Shown here: positions 19,638 to 31,589 of the stretch, piece by piece
Layout: each line of letters opens with the position of its first letter
Numbering within the stretch: the stretch's first letter is position 1
NCBI GenBank assembly: GCA_031835245.2
Contig: JAVKOQ020000036.1
Location: 248,001 to 280,747, forward strand
Direction of reading: 5' to 3'
Length of the DNA stretch: 32,747 nucleotides
DNA from: Balamuthia mandrillaris
Lineage: Eukaryota
Made by a program: the position numbers and the translations under genes
The notes under the pieces: generated by a model
What the model saw: the letters and a program-made list of their open reading frames with translations, nothing else
The model's database searches: none
Told to the model about the DNA's origin: nothing

Positions 19638-22600
19638 ATGGAAGAGAGCGGGGGTTTGAAGTCCGGCGCGGAGCTCCAGAAGAAGAAGGGCAAGAAGGAA
19701 AAGAAGAAGGAGAAGAAAGAAAAGAGTAGCGGCAAGGATTCGGCCGCCCTAAAGAGCGCCAAGCTCAAAGAGAAGAAGGAGGGAAAGAAGGCCAAGAAAG
19801 AGAAGGCGAAAAAGGTGGCCAAGACCAAAGAGGAGAAGCCAAAGAAGGAGAAGAAGAAGAAGGGCAGCAAGCAAACGGAGGCGAACGGCGCGGGCGACTC
19901 GAACGGCGCGCTGCAGTCCGCCACCAACTCCGTCAAACTCAAGAAAAAAGAAAAGCAAAAGAGGGACAAAAAGAAAGACGACGCGTCTGTCGCTTCCAGC
20001 TCTAAAGTTAAAACGCTCAAGGTTTGTTTTTTTTTTTAACATTCTTCGCTATACGTTTTCCGTTGGTTTTTGTGTATGCGTTTTTGTGTTATGTTCTGTT
20101 GTATGTACGGTTTGGTAGGCAAGGTAGTTATTCAAAACTTTCTTTCTAATGTGTGCGTGTGTGTGTGTTTCTGTGCACCACAAACAGCGTAGAAAGAAGA
20201 AAGAGAAAACAAAGAAAGAGAAAGAGCAACCGGTGAACGGGGTGAAAGAGAATGTGGAGCTCTCCCCGCTCGAACCAAAGACGAAGAGCCAGACCGAGAT
20301 CCAGCCGACCGCTGAAGTTGTCGCCACTCTCTCTTCCTCCTCTCTTCCCTCAACTCCTTCTTCCACCAACAATGAAAAAGAAGAAAAAAAGGAAAGCATT
20401 CTGCTTGCTGAGATGAATGAAATACCAACGAAGAAGAGAGTCGAAGAAGAAAGAGTATTGGAAAAAGAAAAGGCAAAAGCGGAAGACCAGGCAGAGAAAG
20501 AGAACGTGACATCTTCCACTACCATTTTGCTCTCTCCTCGAAAGCAAAAAGAAATGGAAGAGGCTTTAGCCGAGCTGAAAACGTACACACAAAAAGTGGT
20601 GGCAGAAGTCAAAGAGCTCGTAGCTGCTGCCAAGAGCGATAAAGATGAGGAGAAGAAGAAGTTTATTGGCAAAGCTAGGGAGATGCAAGGTCGATTCCTC
20701 TTCTTTTTCTTCTCTTCTTTTGTTTCGCCTTTATTCATCCTTTCTTCGTTCTCTATTCTCTATGTGAACTTGTCAACAACAGGGCTTCCACAAAACATTA
20801 GACAATTGAAAGTGATGGCCGAACTTTTACAGGAGACAGACCTTGCAACGGTTGAAGACGCGCTGAAGGCGTTGATACTGGCAGCAGGATGGCGCTTAAA
20901 AGAACCAATGAAACCCGAGAGAGATGAAGAGATGAATGCTGCTGTTCGTCAACTTGGAAAAGCATTTATTGATCTCATCGCCAAAGCCAAACAAAAGGCC
21001 TTGGTGCTTCGAGATGAACTCAAGAAAGTAGAAGAAGGAGGACAAGATGATGCCTCGGTGTCAGGAGAATGGGCTCGAATGGAAGAAGAGCAAAAGAAAG
21101 AAGCGGAACTACGAAGACAAAAGTTGGAGGAAGCACGAATAAAGCTTGAACAGGAAGAACAACAAAGGTTAAAACAAGAACAAGAGGAATTGGCGTTACA
21201 GAAGATGAGAGAAAGAGAGGAAGAAGAGCGAAGAAAATTGAAAGAAAGAGAAGAAGAAGAGAGACGACAAAAGGAAGAAGCCGAGTTACAGCGGTTAGAG
21301 GAAGAAAGGAGGAAACAAATGTTGGAAATAGCTCGTAAAGAAGAGGAAGAAAGGAGAAGAAGAGCAAGAGAACAACAAGAGCTCGAAGAACAGAGAAGAC
21401 AAGAACGAGAGGAGCAACGCCAAAGAGAACGTGAAGAAAAAGAACGACAACGACGAGAAGCTGAAGCCAACGCGAAATCTATTCGAGCAACTGTTGATAG
21501 TCAAATTGACAGCACTTTTTCTGCTCTCGATAATGTGTTTGGCGAACTTGACTTGTCGCCTGGAGGTTCTTCTTCAGGATCGACAACAGCTGAAACGAAT
21601 GCTCTTCTAGAAATCGAAGCAAGAGTGAAAGAAGCAGAGGAAAGAGCGAAGCTCCAGGCTGAAGAGAGACGCAGAAAGCATGAAGAGGAAGAAGCGAGAA
21701 AACGGGAAGAAGAGAGAGAAGAACAGAGGAAGATCCAAGAAGCACGCCAGGAGAAAGCACGAATTGAAGCAGAGTTAAGAAAACGAGAAGAGGAAGAACG
21801 CAAAATAAGAGAAGAGGTATGCATTCTTCGCTCTTGTTTTGTTATATAACTTAATTAATTTTGAACATCACAAACAGGAGAATCGTCTTATTGCCGAACT
21901 TGCAGCGAGAGAAAAACAAGCGCAGATGACCATACAAATTTCTGCATTAAAACAGCAAACAGAAGAACACCCGAAGGCGGGAAATGAACAAGAATCTCTT
22001 CGCGAGAGCCAAGAAGAAGAAGAAAGAAAAAGGCAAATCGAGGAGCAAAAGAAGCAAGATGAAGAAGAGAAGAAGAAACTTGAAGAAGCAAGAAAAAAAC
22101 AGGAAGAAGAAGATCAAAAAAGATTGGAAGAGCAACAAAAGCGTCGTGTCGAACAATGGAAACGACAAGAAGAGGAGGAGAAACAACGAAAAGCTGCTGA
22201 AGAAGCTCGTCAAGCAGAATTGGAGAAGCAAAAACAAGAAAAAGAGGCACAACGACTCGAAAGAGAAAAGCGCATCGCTGAAGAAAGAAGGTTGCAAGCT
22301 GAACAACGAGAACAGCAAAAACCAACGGAACGTCATGTTCATTTGGTTACCGCTCGCGCAGCATCTTCTCCACTGTTAAGCTTGGATGTCGAAGGCTTAG
22401 AACAACCCACAAAACAACAACAACAGCAAAAGCATGGTTCAGCTCGACAGCCATCTGTTCTAACTCGCAAAGGAAGCATCGCTGACAAGTGGAAGGAGAA
22501 AATGGTTCAACAAAACCAGCAAGAGAAGGACAAGCAACGCGAACTTAACTATCTTCGTGTTAAGAGTTCGTTTTTTTTTTTGTGTATAATTGTGTATCCA

Positions 22601-23412
22601 TCTTGTTTTACTAACGGACAATCTGTTCACTTACAAATTTACAACAGAGGAAGTGCAGTTTATGGACCGTCAGATTCGCGTCTTGATACAAGAGATGAAA
22701 AGATTGTCGCCCGAGCCAACCGAACCTCCCATCCTTGCACGCGTGGACTATGGCACTCTCTTCCAAAAGACAATGGGAACGATGCCTGCTCTCAGCGCAA
22801 CCCTCGTTGTGGCCAAGAAACGCGGAGTAGTAGAGTATGAAGGCTCTCTCTTGCTGCAAGGTGCACACGATGGTGTTATCATCTCGATGCTCAAAGATGA
22901 GATCGAAGACTCAGGTTCTCTCCCCCACCTCCTCTCCTTCCCTTTTCTTCTTTTCTCTTTTTCTTGGCTTTATTTTATTTTTCTCTGTTGGGACATTCGT
23001 TTTCTAATCAATTCTTGAATGCAAACAGAAATACCAGAACAAGAAGAAAGAGAGGCGGTAGTTCCACAACATGCAGAGAGCACGCCTGCATTTTCCGGTC
23101 CAGAAAAGTGTGCTGTTTGTGAGAAAACAGTATATCAGCTGGAACGAATCTCGGCGAACGGCTCCGTCTTCCACAAAGCCTGCTTCCGGTGTCATGTTTG
23201 CAAGAATACTTTGAAGCTGACCGACTATGCCCATCTGGATGGCAAATATTACTGGTTTGTATCATCTTTCTTCCCCCTGTTCTGATCGTTTTTCTTTTAC
23301 TCAGTGGATAGTTGCTGATTTTCTTTGTTTCCTTTGTTCATAAAGCCCAACCCACTTTGAACAACTATTCAAGGTGAATGCCAACTACACGACTGGTTTT
23401 GGAGCTAAATAA
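19638..23412 (+). CDS. Large Lys-rich/ER-K helical protein with Costars domain and C-terminal LIM domain
   Basis: Exons 19638-20021, 20188-20689, 20783-21816, 21878-22556, 22648-22914, 23029-23254, 23346-23412. Costars VDYGTLF...ALSATLVVAKKRGVVEYEGSLLLQGAHDGVII; LIM CAVC..HKACFRCHVC..YYCPTHFEQLFKVNANYTTGFG. Confidence 0.85.
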
Positions 23413-23535
23413 CATTTTTTTTGTTTTGCCTTCATCGTAAACATTTAACTTTACTACAAACTACAAAGAAAGGTATAAAAAAAACTGTATGCTATTCATC
23501 ATTCCACCAACTTTATCCCTTCCTTTGGTTATTAT

Positions 23536-25363
23536 TCATTCTTCTTGCAACGAAGATGCTCCCAGGAACACTTCTCTGTAATCAAGCAAAAGTCCGCGAA
23601 GACCGAGACAATGTGGGGAGTTTGCTTTCTCGTACATTTGTACCATGTAGGGTAGTGTTAGGCCCATGTACCTTCGCACGTTCTTGTGGAAGGTGCGGTT
23701 ATGGTGTAGGCCTCCCCGCCGTGACCACTCCAGCAATACGAATACATATGGACATACCACTTTCGGTGGCAACTGAGGGTGATTATTTGTTAGAAACTAC
23801 ATAACCATAAAGAGGAAGAGGAAGAGGAAGAGGAAGAGGAAGAGGAAGAGGAAGAGGAAGAGGAAGAGGAAGAGGAAGAGGAAGAGGAAGAGGAAGAGGA
23901 AGAGGAAGAGGAAGAGGAAGAGGAAGAGGAAGAGGAAGACACCTGGAAGCGTTCAAGACAGGCTCGGGAAGTAGAGTTGATGAGGTTAAGAGTTGATAAT
24001 ATGGATTTCTTTTGGGCGGGCAGATAACGCATTACAGGCGAGTAGTCCTCCAAACATGTACACATACAACCACTGCACAGCCCGCCTTCACTACTTAAAT
24101 AAGGTGAGAAGGAAAGAAGCGTTGATAACACATTAAAGTAAACGACTAAGACAACGAACAAATGAAGGATTAAAGAGGAGGAGGGAGTTTACACTGAAGG
24201 ATCGTCACTAATTGGTAGAAGAGCGACGTGTACCTCGAAGACTATATAATGCTTCCCTGGAGGACACTTCCATCGTCTCTTGGCTTTGAACGGGGTCCAT
24301 CCTTCGTCAATAGACTGAAGAGCCAGCGTCCACAGCTCAGGATTGTTCTGAATGGCTTTGAAGAAGAGTTGTCCAGTTTTATACCAACTCTCGAACACAA
24401 CATCATCATAGAGGTTTGGCTCGAACTCTTCTTCTTTTGTTGATGGTGTTTCTTCTCCAACTTGTGGGCTAGATGATGATGATGGTGACGGTGAAGGTGA
24501 TGACGACAACGATATTGACGAATGAGGAATCGAAACTTTAGGTTGTATATGATGATTATAGTCGAGAAGAGCGCCGTGTTCGTCCATAAGAAGCAGGAGG
24601 TTACCTTCTCTGTATTCATCGTAGCGATACTTTTGGTAAAAGCTTTGAACGTCTTCGATGGCGACCTTCAAAAACTCGGCGTTCTTTGCTGTCAGCTCTC
24701 TATGTGTTCTTGTTTCTTCATCTTCAGTTTCTTCTTTTTCTGCTTCTACTGCTTGTTGCAGTAGTTGTTCTGTCGACTGTTGTGAACGAACATAGTTGAG
24801 AAGCGGAGAACCGATTAAAGAAGAAGAAGAAGAAAGAAGAAGAAGAAGAAAGAAGAAGAAGAAGAACAAGAAGAAAATGAATAAGAACCAAGAAGAGACC
24901 AAACCTGGCTACAAGTTGTTGGCTTGGCACGTGCAACCATAGGAGAGCTGATACGAGGAGCCGCTTCTGAACTGGAGATCCTTGCTTGCTTGCTGGCGTC
25001 GTGTTGCTCCACCTTCTCTTCGATGAGCTTCAACATGCGTTCCCATTTGCTCTGCCAGCCACCAGCAGCCGCTCTTTCGCCTTCATTGACACGCTTGGCT
25101 CGTTCTTTGGCGTCTTCGGTGCGTTGCACCCAGTAGCCAACTACGTCCTTCAAGATCCGCTTTTGTCGTTCGCTCTGGTCATCGCCTTCACCGATGGCCC
25201 TCAAGAAGGACTGCTTGTTGTCCCGCTCGTCTTTTTCTTTCTGTTTGGCAGGATCTGCGATGATGCCTTGCTGGCGTCCATAACGCAGGATGGAGTCCAA
25301 CAAAGCCCTTCTGTTGCGTTGAGTTCCTGCGGACTGGTTCAGGCTGGGATTTCTGGCATCCAT
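23536..25363 (-). CDS. Hypothetical protein (4 exons)
   Basis: Exons 25363-24905, 24776-24193, 24090-23943, 23796-23536, joined in frame by GT-AG introns. Globular-looking composition, no recognised domain; start uncertain. Confidence 0.6.
23812..23939. repeat. (GAGGAA)n hexamer microsatellite, intronic
   Basis: About 21 perfect units filling most of intron 23942-23797. Confidence 0.95.
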
Positions 25364-25632
25364 TGGCAGTGGACGGCTGGAGCCAACACACAGCAAGGGG
25401 AAGATGAGCCAAGGAACCTTTTGCTTCCTTCCTTACTCGCGTTGTTTTAATTTAGAAACCCTTGCGTGGACAACGTAAGCAGAGAGATGGCACTACTCGA
25501 TGCGCCACATCGCATGACGTCACACTTTTTTCCGCAAAAACTGTTTATCGTGGAGAACTGATCGGGAACAAAGTTACTTTAAAAAATCCAACTTTTGTCT
25601 AATTCATTACGACCAAAGAAAAAAAAAAAAGG

Positions 25633-27198
25633 ATGGAGCGTGACAAGGAGAGCAAACCCAAAGTTTTGAGGTGGGGCATCATAAGCACTGCTAACATTGC
25701 TCGCAAGTTCGTCAGGGCTGTTCGAGGCCTGCAAGATGAAAACGTGGTAGTGCTGGGCGTAGCCAGTCGTTCCCTGGAAAGAGCACAAGGTTTGTAGTGG
25801 CCGCATGCCCTCCCCACTCTTCCTTTGCTCATGTTATCAGCAAACAATCAGAATGGGCAAAGGAACTCAACATCCCACGTACCTACGGCAGTTATTCCGC
25901 GTTGTTGGAGGATTCTGATATAGATGCTGTGTACATCCCAACCCCTACTGCACTCCACGCTGAACTTTGCCTTCAAGCTGCAAACCATAAGAAACACATC
26001 TTGTGCGTATTATTCTCTTGCTTACCACTCCTTTGTCTTTATCACTTCCAGCTTGTGTAACGCATGTCATAGGTGCGAAAAGCCAGTTGCCAATAGCGCT
26101 GAGGAGCTAAGAAAAGTTATTGCAGCATGTCATGAGAATGCCGTGCAATTCATGGATGGTGTTCAAGTACGTCTCTTTTTTTCTATCCTTACTTTGTTAT
26201 TCTTTGCTCCTTTATCTTCACTTTCTCTGTTCTTGTCTTCTCAATGTTTTCTCTCTTTTTCTTTCCTATCATCACTGTTGTTTAAGGCTGTCACAGCGTA
26301 TTTTAAAGCTTTATCTTTTCTGTTTTTAGTGGAATCACAATCTGCGCAACCAAGAAATGCAAAAGTGCTTTGCATCGATTGGAGCCATTCGGCGTGTCAA
26401 CAGCAGTTTCGCAATTCCAGGCCCTCCTCATGGCGATATCCGTTTCCAAACAGTATCTCTCTTTCCTTGTTATGGGTGTCTAGTGAAGTTGTTTTTGTTA
26501 TTGGTGTTCTGGTGCTTCGTCTTCTTTTGCTTTTGGTTTATGTGCTAACAGATGTGATGTATAAAGAAACTGGAACCATTTGGATGTCTGGGTGATCTGG
26601 GTTGGTATAACATCCGTGCTTGTCTTTTTGCCTTCGGTCATAACAATCTTCCTGATAAAGTTTGGGTAAGTTAAAACAAACATACTTGGTGTTTTATTTA
26701 TTCATGTCGCACATAATATAGGCAACAGCCAAGTTCAGTGAAGAACAGGCAATCATTGATTGTACAGCGGTCCTGTGGTTTAGTGATAACAAAATGGCAT
26801 CTTTTGATTGCTCCTTCTTACAAACAGCTTGGCGACAACGTTTTGAGTTATGTGGAGAAAAAGGATCTGTACTATGTCATGACTTTGTGATACCTTGGGA
26901 AGGCTCACTGAAAGATGATCAAAAATACAGTGTTCCTTCTGCCAAGTTTGAGATACATTATTCTCAAACAGCAGATGCACCACCAAATTCTCCTTTGATG
27001 ACAAGTGTGGAAGTGGTGGAGGCTCCCATTCAGGAAGGATATTTGCAAGAAATTAATATGGTAAAGGCCTTTGCTTCTGCTGTTTTCAGTGAAAAGTGCA
27101 ACAAAGAATGGCCAGAGTTGTCTCTTAATACACAACTCATTTTAGATGCTTTATATGAGTCATGTTGCTCAGATAACAAAATCGTAACTCTTTCATAA
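25633..27198 (+). CDS. Gfo/Idh/MocA family NAD(P)-dependent oxidoreductase
   Basis: Multi-exon (25633-25789, 25852-26002, 26073-26166, 26330-26452, further exons to 27198). Motifs LRWGIISTANIA, VASRS, IDAVYIPTPTALH, KHILCEKP, FMDGVQWNH, GCLGDLGWY. Confidence 0.92.
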
Positions 27199-27544
27199 TC
27201 ATAAATAAAACTTCGATAAGGGAATAAGCCTTTAGTTAAAGATATTCTCTGCTAAACATGTGCTTGTGAAGTTCTGAAGCCTTTTTTTTAAAGGTTTTAG
27301 TTAGCAAGAATGAAGTGCTTTGTTGTAGGTTTTGTTGATCACCAGCAAAGAAGATAGTACAGTACCACGACGAGACAGAAGAGGCAAATCCAGCCAGCGC
27401 AGGGGATGAGGAAAGTCTTTTCAGTGTGCCGCTTGGCTTCTCTGGCGCACAGCCATCGCGGCTGATCCTTCCGGTGCAATACATTTTGGACTCCAGCTAA
27501 TATTTTTGCAGACAAGCTTTTCGAAGAAGAAGGAGAAAACCAAG

Positions 27545-28033
27545 ATGAGCAGGGCCGCTGGTTGGAGGCAAACATTGGGCGGCGGCGCGTTGATGGGCTC
27601 CCTGCTTGTTGCCGCAATGGAGCTGGGTGGAGGCATTTACGAACACGTGGTGGTATGCAGGGCATGGCCAAACCTCGCGGTGTTCCAGCCGCAACATGGA
27701 GGTGTGGACAGGAAAAGATTCTGGATCCCGATGCACGTTGCCCTCTCGGCCTTGCTTCCGGTGGCCACGTGGGCTGTCTGGCCTCATCGAGAGAGCCGTC
27801 GCTTGATTCTCATTGCGGACGGCATCTATGCAGCGCTGCGGGTGCGGACATTCGCTTACTTTGTGCCTGAGGTGATGCGCATTGAAGCAGCCCCACAGAT
27901 GACAGAGGAGCTGGAGGCAGCGGGACGGCGATGGGAACAACTGAGCCTATTGCGTGTGCCCTTGCATGCCGCTACTTTGGCAGCGTTGTGGTGGGCATGG
28001 CGCGCTGCAACAGCGGCGAAATTCGTACCCTAA
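27545..28033 (+). CDS. DUF1772/anthrone-oxygenase-like multi-pass membrane protein
   Basis: Intronless, GC-rich, about four hydrophobic helices. GGGIYEHVVV..AWP, FWIPMH, TFAYFVP, RRWEQLSLLR pattern recalled from DUF1772-type proteins. Confidence 0.65.
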   Translation: MSRAAGWRQTLGGGALMGSLLVAAMELGGGIYEHVVVCRAWPNLAVFQPQHGGVDRKRFWIPMHVALSALLPVATWAVWPHRESRRLILIADGIYAALRVRTFAYFVPEVMRIEAAPQMTEELEAAGRRWEQLSLLRVPLHAATLAALWWAWRAATAAKFVP

Positions 28034-28100
28034 TAATAGAGAATCAGCGAACACACAACAGCAACCCAAGAAAAGTTTGCCACGATTGTTCAAAACGATT

Positions 28101-29578
28101 TTACGTTTGGGACTTGCTTTGCAAGAGCTGAGAGGAGGGAGAGGAAGAAGAGGAAACAGAAGAAGCAGAAGAGGAGGAAGAAGAAGATGAAGATGAGGAT
28201 GATGTAAGTTCTTGGATGATGGCGCTCACCCATGCATGCTCCTTTTCCATGTGGTTGCCAGGACGTTTGTGCTTTGTAAAGAATGCAAGCAGTGCCTTGT
28301 ATCTCTCTAGTGGGTCAAAGCCAAGGCCGAGCACATCCTTCTGGAATATAGCCAGCTTGTGAAGGTCGATTGGACACAGCTGTAGGGGCTGTGAGTCGGA
28401 CTCCTCCAATGAGTTCGATCCGTTCATGCAACAATGGAAAAAGTGACAGTGCTGAGAGTAAAGAAAGTGAAGCCGTCAGCAGAACGAATGGAGGAGAACG
28501 ATTCAGCATTCATGCAAGACATGGAATACTTACCGCAATACAGAACATGTGAAGGATCTCGTGCACCATCACGTGGCAGCTTCGCCATAGGAGCAGGTAA
28601 TAATCTTGTTCAGAAAGATTCTCTGCACTGCAGGAAGGAAAGCCTGGACAGTATCTCGCAAAGCTGAACACACCGACGTGGTCCTCCGTATTGGCTTCCC
28701 CAAATACAAAGTTCCACTTACGGTTTGGGTAAAGGTCTTCCATTGTCAGTGCCACAAAGCAACACGCTGACAAACAAACAGTGAGTCAAGGGCTTTATGG
28801 TCGAGTCAGGGTTTCAAGAGAGGATAGTACCATCACGTGGCATTAAGTCTTTGAGCATAACCTCAATATCAGTAGTTAGCAGCTGTACATTTTTGGTGTG
28901 CGGATTTATGCGGGAGGTCAGGAAGTATTCACTTCCTTCTTTTTGGTTCTAATGACTTGCAAGTTGAAGAACTCGTTGGGAATACCACTTTCAACGAAGT
29001 AGAACTTTCGCTACTGTCTCCTGTTGCCTCCAGCTCCAGTGGTTCCAGCACTTCAGCAGTTAAAGATAGATATGCTGAAGCAAATTCCTATTGGTGTCTG
29101 GTGAGTATGGACATGATGTCACATAACATTGGGGGAGGAGAGAAGAGTGGGCAATTACTTGCAGAGCATCCAAGTCTGGACTGGAGCAGGCCGGAAACGA
29201 ACCCAACGGAAGTATGTACACTTTATTGCGCTCGGGCATTCTGGAAGTGGTTCATTGTTATGTTTCTGTGCTGGAAGGAAAAACATAGAAAGCAGAAAGG
29301 GATTAACCTTGCAGGACGGTCGTTGCGATAGTTTGGCACTGTTTGAGCTTCTTCCTCTGGGAACGAGTGCAACCAGGAGCCTTTGCTTGGGACAGGAATG
29401 GGATGGAAGGCCTAGCGATGGTGCAGAAGGGTGAGGGTGGTATCAGCGTTCAGAAAAGGTACCCATTCCGCTGGGGCGGAGCCAAGACTGATCGCGGCTT
29501 TTCTCTCTCTCGTGCGTTCGGCGTCTTGAAAGCGGTTTTGTGCTTCGGCATCTTGAAAGTGGTTTTGCGCTTCGGCAT
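28101..29578 (-). pseudogene. Archaemetzincin (peptidase M54, AMZ2-like) with frame disruptions; pseudogene or mis-assembled gene
   Basis: Motifs FHPIPVPSKGSWL, KVYILPLG, DLYPNRKWNFVFGEA, GVFSFARY, HEILHMFCIAHC..CCMNGSNSLEESDSQPLQLCPID. Frame break in (GA)n at 29499-29511, in-frame TAG at 29412-29414, second frame break near 28930-28953. The family call is firm; pseudogene status is not. Confidence 0.6.
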
Positions 29579-29581
29579 CTT
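29517..29581 (-). repeat. 27-bp tandem duplication at the archaemetzincin start
   Basis: AAGATGCCGAAGCGCAAAACCACTTTC / AAGATGCCGAAGCACAAAACCGCTTTC / AAGACGCCGAA, encoding MPKRKTTFK-MPKHKTAFK-TP. Confidence 0.85.
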
Positions 29582-29868
29582 TTGTACCCAATACCCGCTC
29601 ACTGGGCGGTCTTTTTAAACTTGAACGTTCTTGTGTTGGGTCCGTTGTTCAGTGAAGAGGGTGTCCCTCAGTCACTCTTTTCCACGAAGGTGAGAAAAAC
29701 AATGTGAAATTTGTTCCTCTGAAGCTTCTCATCCTCCTGCAGGCTGTAGCCTTGTTCTGATGGCGTAGGGCTCACCGCCTTCGTCTGGGTTGCAGGAAGA
29801 ACGACGCAGTCTGCAACAAGTTTTACTTTAATTTGTCGACACAAACTAAACAAGAAGGAAGCTTCTGG

Positions 29869-30328
29869 ATGTGGTGGTGGCTTGCTTTGTTCGTTGTCGC
29901 GTTGCTGGTGTCCGTCTTGGTGCTTCTTCCGTTTGTCGTAATGAGGTCTAGATGGGCGTTGCAACAGTTATCCCTGCGAACAGGGCTTTCCGTTTCAAAT
30001 GAAGTTGTTAAGGCTCGCTTCCTTGCGGACCTCCCTTCTTCTCAGCAAGGCGTTAAACATGTTGCCTTAACTTTTGGTTCGTTCTTCTCTCTCTCTCTCT
30101 CTCTCTCCTCTAGTATCTTCTTGCATCCCTCTGATTAACGTGCGGGATAGACGACGCCCCTCATGAGGACATCACGGAAAACCTTTTGGATCTTCTCAAG
30201 GAGCACAATTGTCGCGCTACTTTCTTTTGTATTGGTAGCCACGCTCAACACGCACACCCTCACCTTCTTCGTAGAATGGTACAAGAGGGCCATGAAATTG
30301 GCAACCATATGATGCGCGACTTTCCTTC

Positions 30329-30366
<38 letters not shown>

Positions 30367-30383
30367 TCTGTTTCTGTTCTCTA

Positions 30384-30437
<54 letters not shown>

Positions 30438-30971
30438 CTCTTTTACTAAGATGTTGCATGCGTGTTACACAGAATACGACTCACACCAGACGCCTTTGAA
30501 CAAGAGTTGTTAGAGACGGAAAGAACGTTGGAACTGTCTGCCCTGTGCACTGATGGCAAACACAAGTGGTTTCGTCCAGGGTCGGGTTGGTATGGCCCCA
30601 ACATGCTTCGAACTCTTCACAAGCACGGCTATGAATGCGTCTTGGGTAACTGCTACCCTTTTGATCCGCAGCTTAACGCTCTCCCGTTACCTTTCTCTTT
30701 CAAGAAGCTATTATTAAAGACAGCATTATGGGCCATGATAGCCACCATGGACGTTCGTGGCGGAGGAGGAGACATATTTATTTTGCATGAAGGCAGAGCG
30801 GACAGAAGACGGTTGTTGCTGGAAACAGTGGATTGGTTGCTTCCTCTTCTGCGAAGAAAGAACGTCCGCTGCGTTACACTCTCTGAATTGGTTGCTCTTG
30901 AACAACTACCACAACAACAAGAAGATGAATGTAACAAAAGTCTTATACAGGATGAAAGAAAGAGGCAATGA
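29869..30971 (+). CDS. Membrane-anchored polysaccharide (chitin) deacetylase, CE4/NodB family
   Basis: N-terminal TM helix; VALTF|DDAP across an intron, ATFFCIG, GHEIGNHMMRD, WFRPGSG, DIFILHEG; two CT-rich introns. Confidence 0.9.
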
Positions 30972-31006
30972 AAGACAACAATGGACCTTTCAGCAAGGTT
31001 GGTAGT

Positions 31007-31044
<38 letters not shown>

Positions 31045-31063
31045 TCTCTTCCAGTGAACTTGC

Positions 31064-31589
31064 TTAGTTTACGTTGATGGGGACTTGGCCGTTCAGTACC
31101 AGGGGTTCTTGTTCGTCACCAGCCAGGAGAGCAGAAGGTGAAGCCGGAGGACAGCCACCATCCCCAAAGTTGGCCACAATACGAGCTGCGCCCATCAAAA
31201 CACTGTTGCAAGTGTAGTTTTGGAACTGATCAGCAAACAAGCCAGGACAGTTGGGCAACATGTTGAATTGTCCAGTGGCGCTGTCGCAATCAAATATCAT
31301 GGAGACAGGATGATCCCACGTCATATGCAAGTTGAGGTTGATGCATTGGCTGGAGTTGAAGACAGCGGTGGTGCAACCCGTTGGAAATGGTTGCTTACAG
31401 TACGGGTCCAAATAAAATTGGTAGGAAACCTTGCATTGCTTTTGCTTTTGTTGTCCTTTGAAAATATGGGTACGGGAGATGTAAGCAAAACAAACGAGAG
31501 ACAGAGAGTGAGAAAAAAAGAATACTACCAATTGAACTGGCAATGCACAGGCTAAGCACACAAAAGAGCAACACAAAGCACCCCTTCAT
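31064..31589 (-). CDS. Small secreted Cys-rich protein, 150 aa
   Basis: Exons 31589-31529 (signal peptide MKGCFVLLFCVLSLCIASSIG) and 31455-31064, joined at phase 1; 8 Cys in the mature part. Confidence 0.75.

Noticed and set aside
10240..20782. Stop-free introns of length 3n (10332-10240, 17106-17228, 20690-20782) as a retention system
   Set aside because: About a third of introns are 3n by chance, and pyrimidine-rich sequence rarely contains stops.
27347..27500. Coding-like fragment (KIVQYHDETEEANPAS...ILDSS*)
   Set aside because: No start codon or linkable upstream exon; too short to support.
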